Part shown: one piece after another, positions 24,701-36,637 of the stretch | Layout of the letters: every line of letters begins with the position of its first letter | How positions within the stretch are numbered: the first letter of the stretch is position 1 | Assembly: GCF_000150275.1 (NCBI RefSeq) | Contig: NW_002060964.1 | Span: 920,975 to 984,974, forward strand | Length of the DNA: 64,000 bases | Source of the DNA: Trichoplax adhaerens | Lineage: Eukaryota > Animalia > Placozoa | Direction of reading: 5' to 3' | The notes under the pieces: model-generated | Seen by the model: only the letters and a program-made list of their open reading frames with translations | Database searches by the model: none | What the model was told of the DNA's origin: nothing | Translations under genes and position numbers: made by a program

Positions 24701-27700
24701 ACACTTTACTTAATCTTTGACACCACAGTTAAAGCTATTTATTTACGAATATCTTCTAGTGATAGTTCAAGGAAATAGTATGAAAAACGTTATTGATACA
24801 GAAAATTTATTATATCAACAGATGCTGTTCGCGCTTCAACATCCTACAAAGTAACAATTGGAGAAAAAATAATAATTGTCTATACGAATTCCTTTATTAC
24901 GTACTATATTTCGCTGGACTATTTTTGTAAGACAAATTGGAATCTGCTATATACATAGTACGTAGAAACCACTCTTTTTTTAAGTTGAGTAAAATTGTAT
25001 TGATTTAGTAAGGTAAAATAAACGTAACTAATGTTACACTATATTGCACCCAGAAGGAATTCAAATCGAATCTTTTCCATAATTCATATTTGGTATGTCA
25101 ATTTTATAATTATCAATAAATATGCTAAATTTAATCCATTCCATATTTACTAATGACCTGCTGATATAATATTAACTTTGCTATTAATAAATGTATTTAC
25201 CTTTAATTTTACTCCCTCCCACATTTCAGCTAAAAGTTGCTCAAGTGCTCTTTTGTATAGTATTCATACGTAATAGCGAATGGTGGAGAAAATTCGATAT
25301 TTGCATGAGAGAAAGTTTTTTGAGATTTGTGAATACCTCATAGCTTCGATTGAATCCATACTGTCACCAATATATATAGATATCCTTCTAGTAACTAAGA
25401 TAGGCCAGAGATATTTCTAGGTCTTCTTCTATCTTGAATTACTTATAAAGATTAATTCATCGCGGCAACTATGAACTTTTCCTTATGTTTCACGGCAGAA
25501 ACGATATAGACCTGCCCTTTACGAGGTAAACGATACAATGATGAACTCTCTTTATTGTAAAAAGGTAACTCGCTTTATCCTACATTCTATTTATATTCGT
25601 GAGCAGCTAGCGAGTTCATACATGGGTTTAATACTAATAAATGGCATAGCTGTCATATATTTTTAGACCTAAATTTGCACGACTTTGTACTCTATTTTCA
25701 AATACGTTACAGCACGAATATAGCACGAACCTGTCATGGTCAGAACACGATCTGACCTTTGAGCTCTCTTATAAGTTGGGCGTCTAACTAATTCACCTGC
25801 TCTTACTGGAGGATGAATTATTTTCATAATCTATAACCTAACGATAAGCTATCAACTGTGTAACGATCAATACAAGGTATATATACTTAACGGCAGTTTT
25901 AAACATCGTGACGCAAAAGATTTTAATATATTAGCACTAAAGAATAGCATAAATCAGAGCTGGTTGAAAACATAATAATGAATGGAAGTAGATTTCTATA
26001 GTATGACATACAATACCTTACTATTTGTTAATAATATAGAGTAAATGAATAAGTTTATCTTCATATAATTCTTAACTTTTATAGTTTTTAGGATGCTGCT
26101 GTAAGGCACAATAAGCTACAAATATAAACGCGAACAATTATATAAAAGCTAAAAAATATGTTATTAATAATTGCTAAGGAAGATATTTAGATACTTCTTC
26201 TTATTTTAAACTTTAATTTAGAATATTTTAGCAGAAACAAAAGTACTATAAACTGTAATCAGAAGTAAATAAAGTTCTTCTCTTTTGCGTAAATCAGATT
26301 AGCTAAACATAATAAATAGCTTTGATGCTTAAAAATATATCAATGACTAAAATATGCGGATTTCCGTTTTTATTTGCATTCTATTAAATTTTTTGCTGAT
26401 TAAATAGTGACTTTACAATGGCGAAAGCAAGAACATCATACAATTTGCAGCATGCGTATATTCAAGGGCAGGTAAATATTCTACTGATATCATAGTAGCC
26501 GTATCAAATGTACAGAGTCCGCGTAGCAGGTGGCATTTCTTAGTTAATGTATGATAAATCGTGTGATATCTTTGCAGAATCTATACTATTATCTTAAGAG
26601 TCAAGTTCATTAATAAGATTTTTATTCTCGTAGTATATGCAATATTGGATAGTAGTAACATGAGCAGTTATGAGCATTATTTCTATTAGCAATGATAATT
26701 AATTTTAGAATCATAGAAATAACCAATTTCTGCACATAAGATATTAAATATATTACTATATTAAATTTAATGAATGATATTATTAAGCATTACAATACGC
26801 GTAAGTACAGTCATAAGAATAATCCAGTAAGTAGAATTCTCATGCACAATAGGTAATTTTACAACCATTATTTTAGAATTGATAACATAGCATCAATACA
26901 ACGTGTTCTAGCTTTTGTCAGTTTAATATTAACAAGATTTAAGTATATTAAAAATCTGAATAGTGCTTCTGTTCGTCATACTTTAATAATCTATGGAGAA
27001 TAATAACGAGGAATACTGTCGATTTCAGAATTTATTTTTTAAAACTGATTTAGTCAATAAAGTGTTGATATTGGGTTTACTTAAAAATTCTATCTTATAC
27101 CAATATAATAAGAGCGTAATTCTTACACTGTGTAATCAGGCCAATACAGTACTGATTAGCTATGGAGTAGTTATCAGTATATTTGCAGTGAAAACATGAT
27201 GATATTTCAAGTTCGAAATTTATTTCAACATACTAAAGGGCATAAAGAACTTTAGCACCTCGTATAAGCCTAGTGAACCTATGAGTAAAGTACTACGTAT
27301 TAGTATCAGTATCATACTAGCAAACTAAGCCATAGATATTAGTAAAAATATCTAATGCATTAAAATTTTATTTCCTTAATTGGACTAAAATTCAAATATT
27401 CTTAATGCGGTTGCCTTCGGTGATATCTTAGTATCATGCACTTAGATAACTTTATCTAAATAAATAAAAATACGCACTATAAACAGCAGTGTACCACCAA
27501 TCTCATTCATTCTGTAAAAATCAAAAACATCTAATTACTTTTATCTTTTGAATTATTAATTTAAATAAATTATAGGAAACAAATAAGAATTATTTATAAT
27601 TTACATTCTATTAAAGGATCACGTTACATCGATAAATTAAGGTGCTAGTGCGTTAGTCCAACTTCGCTGTCAAAAGAAATGTAATACAGAAATGATATCA

Positions 27701-30128
27701 ATATAAATTGCAGATAATTCGATAAATTTCACTACTAAACAGCTATTCAGAATTTGAATTTAACAGTAGCTAATATGTAGTTACGAAAACTGTTTCAAAT
27801 AACTCCAATAGTATCTATTTTTGTACTACAACACTGTGGAAAAAAATTAGTATCCTCTAAAGAGTTAAACCTTAAAATTTGGTGCCAGCATTACATTCAC
27901 TAAGAAAAAGTAATAAATTAGATTCAATCATTTTTTTTAATATTGATCAATCATGAACTGACCTTCGAATAGTAATACCTTTACTATTTAATCTCATTTA
28001 ATTTTTCCCAACCTTGTGCTTATCTTATAAAATGAACATAATAATAATGATAATCCAATAGCTACTTCATTATTCTTGTATTTGATGATTTATTTACGTA
28101 TTAGCTTCTTAATTATACGATAACATAATCGATCATCATTTTTCCTATCATAATCACTACTTAAATTAAATTATCCATCAAACTGTTTGAAAATACGTAG
28201 ATACCTATGATGTCACTATTACTTAATCCTCAGCAGTACGGAATTGGAATGCACGAAATGAGGCTATCATTTCATGTCAACTGCATATATTAACATTAAA
28301 TTAATACGCAATCTTAATTGTAAAAAATACGTTCTAGGAATAACGAATCATTCCACGCCTCCCAAATGCATCATTGTAGAATGATAATCAATCATTGTAA
28401 TGAGGTCAAAGTATTTCCCATAGCATTGATCAGGAAATCAGTATTATAGCTAGAGATAGTTTCCGCTGAGTTATGATAATTAAGTAATTAGCATACCACT
28501 GAATGCTTGTTCTGCATGAACATTTTACCGCAATTACGTATGTTAAAAGTCATATGTGCATGATAAATAATTAAATAATATTAGAAGGTAAGATCTAATT
28601 ACTTTAAATAAACGCAAGTTGTATGATCATTTATATATTTTACTCTTGGTTTATCTTCACTATTTTTAATGAAATCAGCACTACGTTAGATATTGTAAAT
28701 TCATTTTTAACGCAATTCCGTACATGAATAATAGCTCTAAGTTTACCAATTTATGGCTAATAGATAGTGACATATTTTATGAAACATTTGTACGATAATA
28801 TAGCTTATAATCAAACTATATAATAGATCAAAAAATTAAAGTACAGATAGCATCAGTAAAGATTTGTAAATGTAAAAATCTTACTAAAGTAAACAGTAAT
28901 GTCAAAGTACAATATCGTTATTTTATAAATAATTTGCAAAGGTCAGTTGGATAAGTCAATAAACAAAATGTTATAGCGCTTTGTGAGCTATTTGAGCTTT
29001 TACTGTATACTATCGTAACATCAAAAACAACTCTGAAGACGCAAAAGCATTTTGAACTAAATTAGCACGCTAAGAAATTACAAATTATTCCATTAAACTC
29101 TAGTGTCCGCATTGGCCTTCTTATTTTACTATAGTCAATCTATAACTTTACAATAACTATCTGCAGTTGTATCTATTAGCTCAAATTTTTAAATTAAATA
29201 AAAATTGCATGTATGTATGTTGGTTTAATAAGCAAGAGTTGAGCATATAGTAAGGCACCGTGATTAGAATCCTACGTTACAATAAATGAATAGATTTTAC
29301 TCCAACAATTATAATAAAAATAGTTAAAACTCTTAATATAACAATATCAATATAAATTATCGAGAAATCTTCAGGATACTATAAACAACATTCCACAATT
29401 GTTGATCTTAATAATTATAAATCGCTATAGATAGATAGCATTATATCTGAAAAAAAATTCATATAACATTGCTTACCATGAATGGAACTGTCAACTTTAA
29501 CGATTTTGTTTGCCCCCTTCGGAGATAGTTCACAGCGGTTGCTTTTGCAAAATGTTATAAAATCTCATCGACTTCGCTAGCAAACTTCAGATCTCACAGT
29601 TGAGCGAACAAGTTGTGAAATCACCTCTTACAAGAAGAAACAAATCGGATTCTTCAAAGCACTCGATTCCTTAAATTAAAACTTACGCCATTTCAAGATC
29701 ATTAGGTATTACAACTTAATTTTTGACCTATGTAGCTGCCAAATTTTTCATTATCTAAGATATTCTTAGTTTACTATAAGTTATGGCTCAGTTTCAATAT
29801 GCTGTACTTCAAGCATATAGATTTAAACTTAAAACCTACTCTATTATAGTATAACTAAATTTATTGTATCAAATAGCTGCATCACTATTTTATAACTCTG
29901 TTAAACTAATTTTAAGTAGCGGCGATGTAAGCTGTATAAATCTACTTTCGCTAGAATACTGTAGTAATTTGCGTTGTTATGTAAACTGATACAAGTAACT
30001 GTAATGTGAAGAATTGTGAGGATATTTCAGAATAAGAGCCACAACTCATAAGCCTTTTATTTCTTAATGTTTCCTGTTTTATTTTTCCTCTCAGTTTATC
30101 CTCCTGAAAGAAGAACTTCTGCATTACC

Positions 30129-33100
30129 ATGTCTCGATTTTTGTTCATTGCATTTATCGTTTGCATGCATAGCTGCATACTGGTATCAGGTGCTGTAATA
30201 CCAGCCAATAGGAAGCGATCCAATCATATGCCGGACAAGGTCTATCAAATTTTCCGCCCTCAAATTTACTATAGGGATAACCAAGCCAACCGCATTTCCA
30301 CCATTTCCCACATCGACGCTCACGTTTTTGGAGGTCGATACCGCATTGAATTGGTTTTGAATCGCCAACTTGTAGCCAACAATTTTCAACATACCTTTCA
30401 GAATCAGCAAGGTAGCATTGAACGTTATCAAGGATCGACTGAGCTCTGCCATTATCAAGGTCGACTCCTCTGGTTTAGTCCAACTAATGAGGTGGGATAA
30501 AATTTCCAGTTTATTTATTTTGATAATCATTACCGCAGCTCGATTGCTATAAAATGATTGGCTTGTAGTTGAGCAGTTTTTCGATGAGTGCGCTATTCAA
30601 AATATCTCTAATATATAGAATAGTAAAGCCACTCTTAGAGGGAGGTCTTGTAGTTAACTTATTTATTCATCATTGATCGTCGTTGTTTATTTAAATGACA
30701 TCGGCATTAATTTTCTACAGATGTATTTTGATACTAGTATATTAGTAGCTGAAGAGTTGAGATTTTCTTTTATAACATTAAATCAGCTTGCATCTCTTTT
30801 CTTACCTAAGATCAATACTGCACATTTTTACTATACTCTAAAATTTAATTCAAGTATACATCTTATTCATTTCTATTTTAAGTCTATGTCTACAGCAATA
30901 ATATCGTTTAATATATAGATTAGTTTGACATGATTTTCGTAGTAATTAATGCATAGAATTATTTTACTTTTATAGACTGTACCGTTGAAGAGCGAAGTTA
31001 TCCTAAGTGCATGCAATGGATTGAACGGAATGGTCATGTTTGATAACAAGGTCTTCATTGTCGAACCGCGCAATGAAAGAAATGATATTGAAGGAGAGCA
31101 TGTTATCTTCGAAGAGGAATTCGAAGGAGATGAATATCCTGATCCTCTTTCTGAATCCACAGATGGAACTTCACAAGAGCAACATGAGGATGAAAATGAA
31201 GACGATCCAGAAGGACATAATGAACATGAAGATGAGTATGATGACGAACGTGAAAATGAAGAAGAACACGAAGATGATGAAAAGGAACGACGTCGCATGA
31301 GACGCCGAACAGTCCGCAAGACCAAATTTATCGAATTAGTTATCGTTAATGACAAAAGATTTGTAGATAACTTAGATGGTAACTTAAAGGCAGTTGAAAA
31401 TCATGCTATTCAGGTACCTTATTGAATATTAGCCATCCTTTCAACATAGTATATTTTATAGCTCGTTTAATATATATTTAGCCATGTCTGGTAACAAACT
31501 TTTTTCCTACTTTCACAGATTGTCAACTTAGTTGATGCAATGTATAAGGCAATTAACATACGAGTAGCTTTGGTCGGCATGGTCACCTGGAATGTTAAGG
31601 ATGAGATTGCTATTAGCCGTAATTCGAAAACCACTTTACAAAGACTCAGCTTGTATCGATCTACAGGTTTCTTGAAAAATATCTCCAATGATAACGTGCA
31701 GTTGTTGACTGGTATCATCTTCACTGATGGAGCAGGTACCCAAAATTGTCCAAATAAATTTTAATCTAATCAGATTTAGCAAAGATTAGATGACTTTATC
31801 TGCAGATGCGCGTTCTAGCTCCAGACTAGCCTTAAGTAAAATCGTCTATTTCTTTAATAATTAGGACGTGCTTGGCAATCCACGATGTGCAAATATTATT
31901 CTACCGGAGCAAACTACGCTTTCGAGAATATCGCTAGAGCAGCTGCCTTCATGGCACGTAATATTGGTCACAATCTAGGAATGAGAACAGATCGATATGG
32001 TCACTGCAGCTGTAGAAAAAATAATGAAATTACCAAGGGATGCATCATGTCGTCTCAAATTAACGGTCCTCCAGCCTTGTCATTTTCACCTTGCAGCGTT
32101 AAAGATTTAAAGAAGGCCTTCCAAGAAGGAGTTGGTCAATGCCTTACTAATAAGCCATCAATCCCTAAACCTAAACCGGTTTGCGGCAACGGAATCGTCG
32201 AAAAAGATGAACAATGCGAATGTGCATCAAAAATGAAATGTACTGAATTAGGCTGCAATCCTAAGACTTGCAAATTTCACCCTGTGCCTCCAACATCAAC
32301 GATGAATCCAACTAATAACGTCGAGGTTACCCAAAGCCAAGTTGAAACTGTCAAGACTACACAACGTCCAACATCGACAATGAATCCAACTAATAACGTC
32401 GAGGTTACCCAAAGCCAAGCTGAAACTGCCAAGACTACACAACGTCCAACATCGACAATGAATCCAACTAATAACGTCGAGGTTACCCAAAGCCAAGTTG
32501 AAACTGTCAAGACTACACAACGTCCAACATCGACAATGAATCCAACTAATAACGTCGAGGTTACCCAAAGCCAAGTTGAAACTGTCAAGACTACACAACG
32601 TCCAACATCGACAATGAATCCAACTAATAACGTCGAGGTTACCCAAAGCCAAGGTGAAACTGTCAAGACTACACAACGTCCAACATTGACAATGAATCCA
32701 ACTAATAACGTCGAGGTTACCCAAAGCCAAGTTGAAACTGTCAAGACTACACAACGTCCAACATCGACAATGAATCCAACTAATAACGCCGAGGTTACCC
32801 AAAGTCAAGCTGAAACTGTCAAGACTACACAACGTCCAACATCGACAATGAATCCAACTAATAACGTCGAGGTTACCCAAAGTCAAGCTGAAACTGTCAA
32901 GACTACACAACGTCCAACATCGACAATGAATCCAACTAATAACGTCGAGGTTACCCAAAGCCAAGCTGAAACTGTCAAGACTACACAACGTCCAACATCG
33001 ACAATGAATCCAACTAACAACGTCGAGGTTACCCAAAGTCAAGCTGAAACTGTCAAGACTACACAACGTCCAACATCGACAATGAATCCAACTAATAACG

Positions 33101-33360
33101 TCGAGGTTACCCAAAGCCAAACTGAAACTGTCAAGACTACACAGTTGCCAGCAACTCAAGCTAACATTGCCACCACCAAGAAGCAATCGGTCACTGAAGT
33201 AGGTATCGCTTCTATGAAATCTGAAACTGAAGCAATTTCAGCTACCGAAAAATTGGAAAATGTAACTGAAAAGCCAGTACATCGTGCAACCGAAAGCATG
33301 CCACAAGGAGAATCAAACGAAGCGGGACCTAATGAAAACAGCGAGCCTATCAATGTTTAG
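30129..33360 (+). CDS. ADAM/M12B-derived pseudoprotease, predicted secreted, with acidic pro-domain insert, truncated disintegrin and mucin-like repeat tail
   Basis: Exons 30129-30491 (signal peptide; pro-domain ...CHYQG), 30976-31413 (LSACNGLNG; acidic tract; RRRMRRR; KFIELVIVND), 31519-31735 (IVNLVDAMYKAINIRVALVG...DNVQLLTG), 31865-33360 (zinc-motif position reads RNIGHNLGMRTD, Met-turn CIMS, CGNGIVEKDEQCEC, then repeats). No transmembrane segment before the stop. Confidence 0.88.
32290..33147 (+). repeat. Coding tandem repeat, 11 x 78 bp (26 aa: PTSTMNPTNNVEVTQSQxETVKTTQR)
   Basis: The unit starts at 32290, 32368, ... with an exact 78-bp period. The 11 copies are near-identical, varying mainly at one codon (V/A/G/T). 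Confidence 0.97.
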
Positions 33361-36300
33361 TTTTCAAGATATTGATGCCGATTGGATTTTTTTACTTGAT
33401 AGAATGGTATTCTTATTTTTAATGTCATGGTTCGATTTTATCTCAGTTATTAGATATTTTTTTGACCTTTTTTTTCGATGTAATCAACAGTATTTATTAG
33501 AATTAGCTTATGATATAGTACTATCCTGGCCTGTTTATATTTACGAAGCTTAATATAACATTTTGACAACTTACGGTATACCTAAGCGTTGCAAGGTCAA
33601 ATATCTTGTCGTAGTATTAGTTTATAATGGTAGCAAGAGCTTTGTTAAAGGGAGGAATGGAAGCTGTATATCAAGAACCATGTGATCATGTAGTAATCAA
33701 TTTCAATTTTGGTGTAGACTGTTAGCCATTTATTTTATCAATTTTATAAAAATTGTTCTAAAATGCTTGGACTTAATAGCACACATCTAATGTTTAAATT
33801 TTTCTTGGCCTGAACTCATTATTTTTTATTTTCTTTCGCTTATTTTATCAAACGAGTATTTTAGTCTATCCTGACTGTTAATTAAGTACCGTATCAACAT
33901 ACTTGATAAAAATTGTCGATGATAGAGGTAATCGTTAGATTAACCGCAGTTTTTAACTTACCGTTTTCGTATTAACTGCTAAGATGCAGTAATACCACAC
34001 ACAACTTTAGTCGTTTACTATCCTTATTACTACTTTTATAATCCATTTTATATGTAAATGATTAATTCTCTATTTAAAGTACGATTATAATAGTAATTGG
34101 ATAGAAATTATCGATTATATTATATAATTAATTATCATAATTAACTACTGTTTGAACTACTTCAATAAATGTTTGCAATTTAAAGTTATCTTATCTTGTA
34201 TTTAAATTATTGCTAAACCCCTGCTGCACGCCTACCGATCTTAGTTCAGATGCATGTATACGTAGCCACTTTCAAACTTTAATCCCAAATTAAATCAAGT
34301 ACGTCGTAATGTTTTTAAGTCAATTTTTCAAAAACAGCTCAGCCGTTTCTAAATATTACTAGTATTACTCTACTGTAAAATGGGGAATGATAGAAATAGA
34401 TAATCTGATTTTGTAATATAATAACCCATCGAAAGTAAGGTAGTTATGTATGGTAAGTATAATAATACACCTCAAAAAAATCTGTATGATTTGCGCTAAT
34501 ATTGCTTAATATTGTTACATGCCATCATGCGAACTTATTTGTTATAGTAAGACCCAGTAAGAGATCAGACTAGAAGATAATCAACCGACTTGTCTTATAC
34601 CGGCAATGCTTGTGTTAATTAGCTTGATTATTAAATTTATCTCAATGAACACAGAACTATAGTATGATGATCTCATGTTGATAATTTAGACATTACAGTA
34701 AATTAAGACGGTAAACGTTGATGAGAGTCAGCGCTGGATATGAAAAGCCGGAATTCAACTTAATAGCAGCTGCAGGATATTATTACCCGATCGATTTTTT
34801 ATTCAATCAAAACTGTTATCACGCTCAAAATCAGGTAGAATGTTATTTACGGGTACATATGACATCAGCAGCAAATACTAAGAGTCTTTAAGTTAATTAT
34901 ATTATATATTATTTCAAAGCGATTGCCTTTATTCACAACAAATTATCCAAATAATTACTTAAATCTTATAATATGGTTTCAATTAATATATAGCTGAAGC
35001 TATACAATCAGAAATCAGATCCTAAATTGAGGTCTCTATCACGCTTAAAATTAAAATTGACAGAATAATATTATAGCACATGATAACAGAAGCAAACGCT
35101 AAAAAATTGCTTAAAAATACACTCGTGTATATAATATATAGAGACAATTTGAAGAGATCAGTTTATTTATAACAAGTTATTTCAGAATATTGTTACGCCT
35201 TCATAGCATGATTTTAACTGTTACATAGTTAACCCCTTCCTTACAATCTAAAGCGACATATTAAATCAAGACCAATATCAGGCTTAAAATCAAGTAGAAT
35301 GTTACTCTAATATTAGAAATGAACGCTAAAAATGCTTCAAGGTGATTTCATACTAATGCGTGCTACTTATAGTATACTTTAATGTATATTTAATCAGCCG
35401 AGTAAAGATTTCTCACCGAAGCAAACATACGTATGTTGCCCTAATTGGTACACATTCGATTCTAATCAGTCAACTCATCAGGGTTGCAGCTAGTAGTTGC
35501 CAGTTATCGACAATCATAAGTAATTATAATTGCTTGAGAAGTCTAAGCACCATCGTGTGCACTGTTTGATTTGGTTACGTTCTGTTGTAAGATCCACCGT
35601 GATCTATATTGTCTCAGTTAGACCGTAAGGGCAAATAATATTCAACGTTATTTTGGATCATTACTTGGTCTCAAATAAAGAGCAACCTAGGACTAACAGC
35701 TATCGATCAGGTATTGATTATTTGTGTAGAAGTAGTCCAATTAGTACTTTAGTCGGAGTACCTCGAGAATTTGCCGCATCTGCAGATGAATAAGTTCTCA
35801 TACGATACGTTAAATATACTAAACGGTAACACAGCTTTTCATTCAATAGCATAGGATCACTATCGAAAATAGACTATCAACATTGTATTCTATTTTAATT
35901 TATCCCATCATTGTGACAAGCAATATCATTCAAGGCATTCTAATAAGACATTCTATATTATCATGTAAATTAAACTGTCATTAGTATTGTTTCAGACTCC
36001 GAAGTATTGTCTATCGAGTATAATATAGCCTTGAAAACTTAAAGTATATATTACTACTATTCGATCAAACATTTTCTCTTATTCAACGACAGTTTAGTTA
36101 TACCGCTCTGCTTAAAATTCCGTCTATGTTTTCGGAGTGTCTTGATTTATTTCGTGATTGTATTCAATTGACGTGAGGCGCGCTTTTCTAATTTTTAAAC
36201 GCTGAATTTTTACTGCATTTTTTTATTTCTTCTTGCCTTCATCCAGTGACTTTAAACTTATTTCTTATTTACCAATTTGATATTAATATTTTAGTGGCGA

Positions 36301-36637
36301 AATTCACCAACATTATCATCAACATGATCATCAATCAAAGGTTCCTTGATGGCATATATTAATGAGGAACGACTGAACTAATTTATTGCGGCAGACTTGC
36401 TAGTTTCCTCGGAAATATCTCTTGAGATGAATTAATTTGGAATCTTATTCTGATAACTATGCTGATAACTGATAGGATTAAAAGTAACATCGGATCATCA
36501 TGTCCAGTGCTTTAAATATTTTCTGTCTAATTTGTAAGATGATATTGAACGAATTCCTCGATTAAATAATATAGATATAACTGATATGATTCTTTCACGA
36601 TATTGAAAGTGCTTGGAAAGAAATTACTATTACAGAT

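Noticed and set aside
19670-25760. Short palindromes and hairpins (e.g. aattctga..tcagaatt at 19670, agaattcatgaattct at ~20373, ggtcaga..tctgacc at ~25738)
   Set aside because: Their lengths are within chance expectation for AT-rich DNA, and no TIR/TSD structure is present.
32290-33147. The 26-aa repeats as a polyprotein neuropeptide precursor or a CRISPR-like array
   Set aside because: There are no dibasic or amidation sites (the single R is followed by Pro) and no unique spacers; the composition is mucin-like.
32277-33353. Long minus-strand ORFs with repeated Cys/Trp or hydrophobic motifs
   Set aside because: They are antisense shadows of the 78-bp coding repeat of the plus-strand ADAM-like gene.
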